Assembly: GCA_025603075.1 (NCBI GenBank)
Contig: MU626322.1
Span: forward strand, 1 to 64,000
Origin: Neoconidiobolus thromboides FSU 785
Taxonomy: Eukaryota; Fungi; Entomophthoromycota
Reading direction: 5' to 3'
Length of the DNA: 64,000 nucleotides
In this document: piece after piece, positions 50,568 through 62,471 of the stretch
Layout of the letters: every line of letters begins with the position of its first letter
Position numbering within the stretch: position 1 is the first letter of the stretch
Translations under genes and position numbers: made by a program
Notes under the pieces: model-generated
What the model saw: the letters and a program-made list of their open reading frames with translations, nothing else
Databases searched by the model: none
Told to the model about the DNA's origin: nothing

Positions 50568-51600
50568 TTATAGATTGAATACTCTATCATTATAATTATA
50601 GAATACTAAGAAAGCAAAAAATCGAAGAGAAATGTAGTATTCCAGCTTTAAATTAGAACTATGGAGGATAAAGGATTGAATCTTATTTTCTAAAACATGA
50701 ATATCTTTTGGTCTATCGCTTATACATTTAGAAAGTAAAGACTCTTTGTTATCATACAGTGTTAAACATTTAATATTATAATTGACCAAGTAAAATGATG
50801 AATAATTTTAATATGATCAATAAGTATGCTAATACCAATATGAAATTGCTCATTCGATATTCCTTCCTTGATCGTTTCAAATTTAAAGTTATTTTGGTGC
50901 TACAATTTAATAAAATTTTTAATGAATGAATAATTTCTGATACTTTTGAGTTGTTTATGTTTGATGAATTAATGTGCAATACACAGTCAAAAAGGTGCTT
51001 AAAGAACACACCACATTTGTAGCAATAGTTAGAATAAGTTAACAAGGTTATTTCAATTGCTAATTTAGCTGCTTTATTCTCACTTAATTTTAATATTGTA
51101 TTCTCCCTTTTCCATAAGTCGTGAGTATTAAATTGTAAGTTAATATAAGAGTCACCAATAGAAACTAAAAGTACTGCTACTGAATAACACTACTTTCTTT
51201 CGCTGTTATTTTTATAATCTAAGTGTAAACCTAATAACATGGGGATGTGTTTTTTTTGTTTAAGAATTTTACTATAATCTTTCCACTCAGATAGCGCTTA
51301 AAAAATGGAAAAATAATGAAACTAAAAAAAACAGTCTCATATGGAATAGCTATATAGATTAGAAAAGTAATAAGATAGAGTGCTAAGATACTTCCTTTTA
51401 ATTCATTTAATAACGTCATCATTAATTGAATAGCACTTAAAGTAATCTTTGATTGATTTGGTTTGAGATATTGCAGTAGTTTATCTTTCAAAAATGTTTT
51501 CAAATCTGACAACCTATTATTACAACCAATATGGTTTAAACCAACTAACATGATAGGGCAGATCAACATGTTATCTCTTCTTTTGTCTATAAATTGATTA
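50568..51600 (-). pseudogene. RNI-like/LRR (F-box family) pseudogene with a MITE insertion
   Basis: Broken frames with LRR-like patterns (SLKILLNCSTKITLNL, HSSNLKLEY) and a MITE at 51241. Confidence 0.45.
51241..51338. mobile_element. MITE family A copy
   Basis: GGGGATG...CAGTCTC, TSD ACAT/ATAT. Confidence 0.88.
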
Positions 51601-51623
51601 TAAGTAAATAATAGCAATAATAT

Positions 51624-51720
51624 GTGAGTGTTTTTTTGGCTTCACTACTTTTTCTATTTTTAAGCACTAATTGAGCAGAAAAATTATTAGTAAAATTCTT
51701 AAACACAAAAATACATCCCC
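51624..51720. mobile_element. MITE family A copy
   Basis: GTGAGTG...CATCCCC, TSD ATAT/ATAT. Confidence 0.88.
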
Positions 51721-51912
51721 ATATGTTTTGTTTTGTACTTTTACAGGATATGATCAATACAATAAGTAGCTATAAGAATATATAATTGCTTTTTGAATAT
51801 AGCCATGGCAACAAAATTACCTATGGTGTATTACTTACCAGCTTTTTTGTTTAAACCTAAGACTGAATTTTATTATATTTGATTCTTCAAATAGAACAGA
51901 ACATCAAAAAAT

Positions 51913-52008
51913 GGGGATGTTTTTTTGCGTTCAAGAATTTTACCAACAATTTTTCCATTCAAATAGTGCTTAAAAATAGAAAAGTAATGAAGCCAAAAAA
52001 ACACCCAC
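51913..52008. mobile_element. MITE family A copy
   Basis: GGGGATG...CACCCAC with an AAAT/AAAT TSD. Confidence 0.9.
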
Positions 52009-52394
52009 AAATATTGCTTTCATTTAACTTTAAGTAACACTATGAATTTCATTTAGAACTTAACTTTGAGTAGGATTTTAAACTTGCCCATATTATAAGC
52101 AAAGTTTTATCATTTTATGCTAATAACAATAAATTAATATTACAGAGCCTTTTAACTTATTGCGAATAATAAAAGTTTTAAAAAAAATTAAAAAAAGTTT
52201 TTATTTTAATATAATTATAATAATACGCCAGATGATATTAAATTTTTTTAGTAAAACAAAAATAGAAGAAAAAAGTATAAGCGGGAGAATGCCATGCTCA
52301 ACTCAGTACATTTTCTTATACTTTTTCAAACCTCAACATTATCCATAGTCTCCTCCCTTATTAGTTAAATAATTAATAAACTTCAGCTTTAAAT

Positions 52395-54446
52395 TCAGTT
52401 CCTCCTTTGGAATGAACTAGCGGTAGGCGACATTTCCGTAGGTGACATCGTTGCTCCTGTATTATCCATCTGCTCTGGCTCCTCATTTATGACTATGATA
52501 TTCTTTCCTCTAGCATATTTAGGATTTACTGCCCCATCTATTGAAAACTGTGACAATGGTCTACTTGGATTTGATTTGGACCTCAATCTTGTTCTAATAG
52601 TAGGATTAGATACTGTACGTATCAAATTTTTCATTAAAGAATTTGGACTATTTTCTTGCACTCTATTCCCAACTTCTTCCATGTCCCCAACACTACCTGA
52701 ATCCATTCCCACCGTTGAATTACTTGCTAATCCGCACCCAGGAGACAATCCAGGTAAAGCATCATTATTAAATTTAGTAATTGAAGGTTTTCTATATAAA
52801 CTTGAAGCTTCCAACTGCTCATCTGTAAACAAAGTTCGCTTTTTTAAATGATCGTCTTTTTCTGGGTGGATTAAGTTGCTCAATTTAACTAACATAGATT
52901 TTCCTGAATCCACTGTCATGGTAGAAGTTCGTGATGCTTGAGGTCGTATAGTACGTTGGATGTGAACTGGTAAGCTAGAATTTTTTGGATGTGGGGTAGG
53001 CATACGATTAGAATCTACTTTAATGCTTTCCGTACCTTCTAAATTTTCTGGTGAGGTTAATGTATAACTTGTATGTGTACTTGGATCATTTTCATTTCTT
53101 ATAATGTTTGCTGTTAAGTTACTGATTGTACCTGTTGGTCTAGAGGAATTGTTGCTATTATTATTGTTTTCTTCTATTTGACTTTCATTAATGTTGATTG
53201 CTTTTTCTTTCATTTCAGGTTCTTCTAAAGCTAATGTTTCATACATTCTAGAAGTTTGTAAAATAATAACTCCGCCACAGATGCAAAAGAAAGCTAAAAT
53301 AAGGGTAACAATAGAGATTGGAGAAGCGGCAAAGCCTTTATATAAGATAGCTGAGGATACAATCGTAGCTGTTGTAAATGTAACATAATACATTGGGGTG
53401 ATTTCTGCTGTTACAAACTCGTTTAATGCTTTATTTAAATAATTGATCTGTGTTATGATGGTCAATACTACAAATACTATCAGTAAATAAATAAACCAAT
53501 GTGTAAATTGATTATCTCCTGAAATTGAGGTAATGATGGCACTACCTACTGCTTGCAATGTAACTACAGATAATGAACCAATAAAAGAGCAGATAGAAAT
53601 GTAAATAATGGGATGTTTTTTGCCATATTTTGGGGCCATTCTATAAGCTAAAAATATAGATATTAGGATCACTAAAATAGTGTATGTTAAAAAGCCTAAA
53701 TTTTAAATATGTTAATGTCTTATTAAAAGTAAAATTTATAATTTAGTTTTACCCGGAGAAATAGCAAGCTCCATAAACTGGTCGATTTTACCAGGGGCAC
53801 TTTGCTCTGGTGCATGAAGTACTACAATTACGGATCCTAATAAACAAATGATACATCCAATTTTACCATGGAAATTAAGTCTTTCTTTCAAAAACACAGA
53901 AGATAGAACAGCACTAAAACAAGCCTTGTCATTCATTATTCATATTGTTAATATTTTATATCAATACCTAACAACTACACTTAAAGCACCTAATGGAGTA
54001 ACTAAAACAGCCGGTGCTAATATATAAGCTACAAAGTTGGTAACTTCACCTAAAGCCACTAATAAAAGGAGTAAGTATTTGGCTTGCAGTAATGATTTAT
54101 TAAATTACTTACTCAATATCATACCAGCCCACCACATGGTAGATTTTAGATAGCCATGACCGTCTTCTATTAATTAAAAGTATAAATATAGATGCTCAAA
54201 AAGTAATTATTTATAATCAAAACTTTATGATATAATGACAACCTACCTTCTCCTTCCACCCTTGAAGAGATTAATCCTTTTTTCTTTAAGATAAAACTTA
54301 TACCAATTAATAAGCCTAAGAGCAAATGAATTAGTAACTGAATGATTGATGTAGCTTTGACTTGAATTACCCGATAATACAGCTAAGATGATACCTACTG
54401 CACGATAGATTGGATCACCATTCACATCTATTTCAATACCTGCCAT
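52395..54446 (-). CDS. NIPA/DUF803 magnesium transporter, multi-exon
   Basis: GHGYLKSTMWWAGMI, NFVAYILAPAVLVTPLGALSV, LSSVFLKERLNFHGKIGC and IYISICSFIGSLSV, followed by a long disordered C-tail. Confidence 0.93.
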
Positions 54447-57070
54447 TGTTTATTGTAAATTTCAAATTAAGTTGTGAAAAAATTAAGTTTATTTTTTTGA
54501 TTGTTTAAAGTGGAAGAATGAGTAGTTGAATTGGAATTATAACGATTACAGGATAGAATTATATGATGGTAATGTATATATTTTCTTTAAAGAAATAAAT
54601 ATAGCTTAATTAAAATTCAAAAGAGTAATACAAATAAAATATTAATAAAAAGGAAAAGAATAGGCTATTGAGAATAGATTTGAGTGGGGAGAATCAAAGT
54701 TTGAATTTTACAATTTGGTTAAATTACTAATCCTTCTAAAAGAAGCATGAATTCATTTTACAGGACAAAAATGAGCTCATTTTTAATGGTGATATTACTA
54801 AATTTAGTGGGCTCAATATTTCTTTCATGCTTATCTTTTTGATTTTTTTTAGGGTAAACTTTAAGAATTGCTTGTTTTTTGTACACTGATTGATAAAAAT
54901 TACGAAGAAAACGAAAGGCTCAATTGTTAAGTTTCAATTAATGGAGCAAATTAAAAATTGATGAGCTCAAAAGCCGAAATATAATTGGTAAGTCTCATAA
55001 TACCTAGCATAGCTGTTAGTAAGATTTTTTTTAAACAATTATGAGTTTAACCTGACGAGATTAATGGAAACTTCGGAATTATTATTAAGGTAAGAGAGAT
55101 ATTGAATTGATTTAGAAATAATTAAACTATAATATGTTTATTTAAAAAAATCAATATACTAATTAAAGCGATAGTCAGTTCTATTATCAATTATTATAAA
55201 TCAATAATATGGAAGAAATCAAACCCTTGTTCCATTCCTTGTGCCGTCGGGACAACCTAAAAAAACATTATTCTTGTTGAGCCAATCAAAAGGCTGACTG
55301 CGAATGGTATGTTTTTTGATTATAAATTTTTATAAAAATTTAATTTCAATATGATCGACATTCATCAATAGCTTAATTTTCATTATAGATTTTCATAGAT
55401 TTTATTATTACAACTTAAAATTCTCCTTTTGGATAGTTGTTTTATATCTATTTAAATTTAACTGTGCAGCAGGGCTAATTGTTTATTTAAGCATAGATTT
55501 TTAGATTAAATTTCAATAAAGCCTAAGGACTTTAGGCTTTGGAAAACAATCAAATAAGTAGCAGCTAAAGAGCTTTTTTAAAAACTACATATTTGAGTGT
55601 TAAACAGCTATATATGCTACTTCTTTATCAATTTTGTTAATATTTTCAAAAGGATTTGAGCATTTGTAGTTTTGGTTTATTAAATGTTATAACATAAGAG
55701 GGTAAACTTTCATTTATTTTTTAGTAGTAGCTAGGAACTTGAAGAGTTTTATCAGACATATGTAAAAGTTATATACCGGCTATATTTGATTTGATTTTAT
55801 GCCGAATATTATAAATTATATAGAGTTCAATACTCCTCGATTTTTTAAATTAATTTAATCCGATGATTTAAGATAAAATGGGTAAATTAATTTTGTTTTA
55901 AAAAATAAGTTTGAACTTTAACAAAAAATGTTAGAGAATATTATTTGTACTAAACTAACGATTTATAATAGTGTTATTTAAAGATATTTTCTTAATATAA
56001 AAATTAAATAGCTATTTTAGAAATTGATGCATCTTTTAAAAAATAAATATAACAGTAGCTTAAGAATTGTTACAATATTTTATAAAGTTGTATTTTCTTT
56101 TTATTTTCTTACAGAAAACAAATTATCAGCTTATAATATTATTAAATAATATAAAACAAAAAAATTGTATAAATGTTTATCTATATTTAGGTTTGGAAAG
56201 AAGTTCCTTTTAAAATACTAAAAATTCTAACACTATTGAATTATATGATATTTATTTAATAATCTTTTAATAACTTTATTTATTAATTTCAAAACCTTAG
56301 ATAATATTCTTAGGGATACATTAAGTTTATTATTTTTATTAAATAAAAACAAAATAAAATAAGTACAAACTCCCTGTAGTCAGTAGCTGAGATAATAAAT
56401 AGTTATATTAAATAATTTAAATTAGGGTTTTGAAAGTAATATCTGATGTAAAAGAATTTCAGTAAAGTTGAAATTCTATACCTTTCAACCCAAATCAACT
56501 ATAATCATTCACCTCAGCTCATTCTCATTTGAAATACTTAAATTGGCTCTTTGCTTTCTTTTGTAGCCTTTTAACTATACATCATAGCCTTTATTCGTTG
56601 TTCTCGGATGCTAAACTAAGAAAAGTATCATTGCTAGCAAGTTACTATTTATCAGTCCAAGTGCTTGCTTGGGTATCAATTGCAAATTTTCTATCTTTGA
56701 AGTACGACTATGAGCAAGGATACTGTGAGGAGGTATTAGGCAAGTAAGATTAGAGAGTAGGATGGGTTATTTAAAGAAAAAAGCTTTGCTATTTTAATAG
56801 AGGGTTTATATATCGGGTAGGATTCAATTGACTCAATTTACAAATGAGCTTTGTATATATATTTTTACAGACCTTTTCATAGATAATATTGTTATTCAAT
56901 TGTTTTTTTAACAAATAAAGTCTTATATTAAACTATGAAACTATTTGAACCCGTTATACTCTCTCTTAAAACAATCTTTTTACAAACATAGTATCAATAG
57001 TTTAAGAGTCAAACATTTAATTTAATGTAATAAATATTATTGTATATCTTTAATCTTTTGTTCACTGTTT

Positions 57071-57153
57071 AGGGGTGTTTCTTTAGCTTCATCACTATTT
57101 CCATATTTTAAATGGAAAACTAGTAAAATTCTTAAATACAAAAATACATTCCC
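57071..57153. mobile_element. Internally deleted MITE A copy
   Basis: AGGGGTG...CATTCCC-ATAT. About 15 bp of the core is missing. Confidence 0.75.
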
Positions 57154-57238
57154 ATATCTTCTTTTTTTTCACTTTACTTACAATATAGAATAAAAAAGGT
57201 TTCTACCTGATATCAAAAGTAACGCGATGTCATGAAAT

Positions 57239-57330
57239 GGGGATGTTTTTTTTCATTACTTTCTCTTCTTTAAGTGTTATTTGAGGTGAAAGATTATTAA
57301 TAAAATTATCAAACAAAAAAATACATCCCC
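57239..57330. mobile_element. MITE family A copy
   Basis: GGGGATG...CATCCCC. The flanks AAAT/GTAT have diverged. Confidence 0.85.
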
Positions 57331-57808
57331 GTATCATGCATGGTATCATGATATTAAGTAGAAATTTTTTTACAAAAAACTAAAAAAATCCTTTCAAAAA
57401 TTCTATTAGTCTATTTACTTATTTGTATGACTTTTCCCTGCCTAAAATCTTGGGGGTCACTAAGTTTTAGATAAATATGAAGTTTATATATTGGTTAGCT
57501 AATTTTAATTATTATGCAATTTTTTAAAAGTTGGACTAAGAAATTTAGCATATATAGCTAGAGGTGTAACAATCATTTAAGAAAAACAAAATTGATTCAA
57601 TGCTATTACAAAAACTTTAACCAATGAAGACAAAATTAAACCAATCAAGTAACTAATTGATTTTATGAAATGAAATGTAAACTTAATTCATAATAATAAA
57701 GGTTATTTTTCAGGTTATTTCTTTATTATAATTAACTATAATTTTTGATTTGATTTTCAAAAATACTGTTTTTATATAAATAAATTATCAAATATGTTAA
57801 TCTCTTAT

Positions 57809-59719
57809 TTATCCAATAACATTATTGATAGATGTCAAGAACATTTTATCCACCACATAATTGTCCAAATTAATTTTGATAAACTCAATTGTACTCTCCG
57901 AGTCGCATCTTTCACTTTTCAATTTTGAGTCACAGGCAGCTTTCAATAATCTTAACAATTTGAGTACATAGCCTTTAGCTTCGAGGATAAATTTTTTACC
58001 GAATCCTTGATTTAGTAACCATTCTCCTTCACTAATAAAAGATAAACAAGCATAAATTATATACATAATGGAGTTATAATAAGGTCCATCGTATTTGACA
58101 TGAAACCCAGCATTGGTAGCCATAGCACATCTAGCACAAGCAAAAGCACCACGATTTTTTCCATGTGTTTGTTGAATGTTATATCGTTTCATTATTAAAA
58201 AAAATTCTGATAATGATTCGACCGATTTGTATAAGATCATAGCCTCATTAAGAGGGAATTTTTTGGGTTTCGGGATAACTAGGACAGAGGGATAATAAAG
58301 ATAAATCATTACTAAATGAGCATAAGCGTTTAAATGATATTTGAATGCGTTAGATTGATAATATTTTTGTATTCTTTTCATGTTCCTTACTTGATCATTT
58401 GACTCCATCCTTTTCACTGTGTCAGATATAGATTTGCTATATATCAATTGAGAGGTTAAATTGGTCAACGCTGTATTAAACTTTTCATTTGGTAATTGCA
58501 ACTCAGAATGAGGTATTTCATGTAGCTTATTCAACCTTGAATACTCCGACTTAACCTTTTGAATATGTGATACAATCTGCGTGAATGATTCGGTGACTAT
58601 TTTATCGCTATATATATTTTCAAACTTATTATCCGAAAAAATGCCGCTTATCTCCAAGTCAGTTGGTGAATACGAACTATTCAATTGTATACTATTTTTG
58701 GCACTTGATAGATTGATTTTTACTGGTTTAAAATTAGCATTAAAGCTTGGCATATTTGGAAACATTGTTAAAGAAGTATAATAAAATAATGATAATGAAT
58801 CCCATAAATTTGCAGCCCTTTTTTTTTCATTGAATTCAGTTTCAGGCTTTTTTACTCCTTTACCATACCACAATTTTCTTTTATCTTCCTCAGCCATCTC
58901 TTTTTCACTCTTATCATATCCCAGCAACTGTGCCATTCTTATAGCTAAACTAAAATATCGTGTGTATGATACTAAATCTGATTTATAAGCTGAAATAGAT
59001 GCTAAAAAAAACAAACCAATTACATTTTTAAAGGATGAGTTTGCATATGCTTCCGCCAAACATTCCTTTGCTTTTTTAAAGTTAATTTTATAAACTTGCT
59101 TTGTAAGCATACCATTATTCAAGCCTGTAAAACAGGCTAACAAAGCTAGAAAAGCATAGGAAGACATATCAGGCTCGGTATTAATTAATAGAGCATTGAC
59201 TTCATTACGGGTAAACCACATTTGATATATATCAATATATTTTAAATATATAGTAACTCCAGTTTGTAAAAAAGTATCATATCCTGTAGTTGGTTGTTTT
59301 AACAAGGTAATTGGCTTAATATAATATGTGATGACTTCTTGATTGTTGATGTTTGTTAGTTCATGCTTATAAGCGTCTATCAATAGCTCAATATAATCGT
59401 AGTCTTCATAAACGGATGCTGTGTCACGCTTTAACTGATCTAGTATTTGGACACACCAAGCTAGATATTCTAATTAGTAGTTAATAAGTTTATTATTTGT
59501 TTTTACAAAGGCGCTTATTTACTGTGATAGAATGACAACTGCGATAAATTCAAGGCATCTGGTTGTTGTAAACTAGCTATTGCCTTCTTTGTATTATATT
59601 CTAATTTATCCACGCGGCGCCGCCTCCAGTCCATATCGCTACGTAATTGTGCTGGTTATGAGGGTTAATATACATTAATTAAAGAAATAAGTGCATTTAC
59701 ATTTCGATATTGTATTCAT
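57809..59719 (-). CDS. Fungal TF middle-homology-domain protein lacking Zn2Cys6 (about 602 aa, 3 exons)
   Basis: Exons 59719-59701, 59651-59523 and 59469-57809. N-terminus MNTISKSQLRSDMDWRRRRVDKLE. Confidence 0.85.
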
Positions 59720-59854
59720 GATGAAGTTGGATTCTAAATAAACTAAAATGAGATATTGAAATTTTTGATTTTATTTTTTAAAATGCATTGTCAATTCATG
59801 CAATTTAAAAAGACACCTATCAAACTTAATAAAAATATAAGAATATGAGAACAT

Positions 59855-59953
59855 GGGAATATATTTTTGTATTGAAGAATTTTACTAACAATCTTTTCAC
59901 CCAAATAGCGCTTAAAAAATGAAAAAAAAGTACTGAAACCAAAGAAACACCCC
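59855..59953. mobile_element. MITE family A copy
   Basis: GGGAATA...CACCCC with the core AAATAGCGCTTAAAA. Flanks ACAT/ATAG. Confidence 0.85.
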
Positions 59954-60249
59954 ATAGTTTGATTTCAATTTAATTTGTCATAATTGTAAATCAAAAAATA
60001 TTAGCTTGAAATAAAACAGTCACACATACTTTAGATAAAATATATTCATGTATTATTAGTGACTTATAACAAGAAGCCTATGAAGTATAACCCATTGTAT
60101 TAAAACACTAACATGTCAATTTCGAGTTAGAAATGCCTCTCTGAAAATTCAAAATTTATGAGCCTTACTATTACAATTGACTAGATTATATTATAAACTA
60201 CTTGGGCATTTGAGCTTGAATTGTATCATAATTAAATTGAAACACTTTT

Positions 60250-61440
60250 TAAATAATTAAGTTGCGGCTATTACGGCCTTTTATGACTTTTTGAGGTAAT
60301 TTTTATAATAAGATTATTTGTATAATCGATTTGTATAGTCAATCCCTATTTTTAGGTTTAATATGCCATATTCTTTCTCCTTAAATGAGCAGTCCCTTAG
60401 GTCTAAAGAGCTACAACAGTTGTAATGTTTGTTTTTATTCTAAGTTTAGTTGAATTTTGTTTAATCATTGCTATCAGATTTTCATTTATAGTGATCATTA
60501 TTTTTTAAAATTGGCAACACGAAGTGGAAGCTAATTTTTTCTTACTTCGTGTTCTAGATAACCCATTAATATTGTTATCTTTTTGTCCACTCTTAATCAG
60601 TTGTTGTATTAATTTATATTATAATTTAACATATGTATTTTATTATATTATATTATTACTTATATCAAATTATATTTTTATGTATAAATACTAGCGACAA
60701 ATGTTAAAGAGGCAGAATCGTACTTTAGCGATATGACTAGCCTTGGCTTCTAGTTAAGATAAATACTATATTTTTTTCCTTTGGACTAATACCCAATAAT
60801 AAATGTCTATGTTCAAGAGAGGCCCTTCCAATTAAAAATATTACTTTGAAAAGCTCTCTTTCATATATTTATCAGCAAGAACTTTGAAACCTGTTATACT
60901 CATTTGAGATCTATTCATTAAGAGACACACAAGACCTAAATGACTTCTACTTCTTACTGGAAGCAAATACAATCAAAGGAGTGGATTTATTAATTTAATA
61001 TTGCAATTAAATTTCTTGAATTAAAAAAAATCAAATAAGCCATATCGAAATAAAAGCTGGATTTATATGATGCCTATTTATCCATCTTTTTTAGTTGTTT
61101 GATTATTAGTATAGAAGTGGTTTTTAGCCTGCTTTTATCATGAGTATCAAGATGCTTTATTTAATTATGCTAGGTATCAAAATTCTTTTATAAATTCTTT
61201 TGAAACGATATGAGAATATAGTTTTCCTCTCTTCATTTGATTAACTTATGAACTTTTATACACATTCAGCAATTGAAGTATTTAGATGCAAAATACATTA
61301 AAATATAAGCTGGGAGATACTAAGCTACTCTTGCTACTAGATCATATCCTTTGATTTAAAAATCCTCCCTTGTTAATAGTTCGGCAGCTAAGTTTAATTT
61401 ATGGTGGTTGAAGCATATGGCAACTTGATTTCGAAGTATT
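60250..61440 (-). mobile_element. Heavily decayed Ty3/gypsy-like pol relic (RNase H region)
   Basis: Broken frames give YERELFKVIF...RHLLLG (compare EKELLA...RHYLLG) at ~60790-60870 and KSGQKDNNINGLSR (compare PGKxNxxADALSR) at ~60550-60595. Confidence 0.35.
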
Positions 61441-61472
61441 AAGTTGCATTAAAAATAGTCGAAATAAATTAT

Positions 61473-61565
61473 GGGGGCGGTTTTTGATTTTATCGCTTTT
61501 TTATTTTTAAGCACTATGAATGGAAAGATTGTTAGTAAAATTCTTAAATAAAAAAATACATCCCT
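61473..61565. mobile_element. MITE family A copy
   Basis: GGGGGCG...CATCCCT, flanks TTAT/ATAT. Confidence 0.8.
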
Positions 61566-62471
61566 ATATTATAAAATAAAAATCCATAATAATTGAACTT
61601 GATTATTTAATTTGGCTTTTTGTTTATAAATTAATCTGCCATAATAATAGTACTTTATTTTTATAAAAATGATATTTTTCAGGAGTTCAAAGGAGGAATT
61701 GAAGATAGTTAAATGTACTTATTGAAGCTTGAACAATGAAATGAATGTGTTATAACTGGATTTAAAGGAACTTGCAATGAGGCTTTTCAAAGTATGATAA
61801 AGGAATTTTACAGTTATATCATAAGAAGTAGAAATAATAAGAGATATTTTATCTATTATTAATGTAATAAAAACAGGTATAAAATTTTAAATATGAGCTT
61901 TTTGACTTAAAAAAGTAGCTTTATTGAGAACAAAACAGTATACTTGGCTGCATTAGTCTCATAATAAAAGTTTTATGGTCTTGGTGAACATTTGCTAACC
62001 TATCGGAGTTGATACAAATCTCTTGATATTGCTTTACACAAAATATTTGTTTTTTAGTTATAAAAATAGTAATATACAAAGAAATAAATGTAATGGTCAC
62101 AAAGATAATATCTGAGACTGAAATACTATAATGGAAGTTTTTTATAAATTAGAACCAAAAATAATGTAATCCTTCTTGTGTTGTAATCAATCTATTAAAA
62201 TATTTGTAAAAATTGAAAAAACTAATGATAATAGAATCAGCTTTATTTAATGCGATACAAACTAACATAAAAACAAAAATATCTAAACAATTTTTAAAGC
62301 ATTTATACTTATAATAATTGTATAGTACAAGATGTTTTATCAAAAATATGAATTGATGTTATTTTTAAATATATTAGATATATTTTTTAGATTTAACTTT
62401 TGAGAATAAGTCTATTTAACTTGATACTTATTTAAAAAAATACCTATACTATTCAATACATCAAATAGTAT

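Noticed and set aside
56529-56747. 72-aa hydrophobic ORF with a faint likeness to the chitin-synthase membrane region (LRKVSLL...AWVSIANF)
   Set aside because: There is no QRRRW or other catalytic motif nearby and no extendable frame, so the likeness is too weak to call.
2909-61565. Recurring ~100-bp repeat considered as a CRISPR-like or ncRNA array
   Set aside because: The copies are dispersed, occur in both orientations, and have TIRs and TSDs. This is a MITE in a eukaryotic genome.
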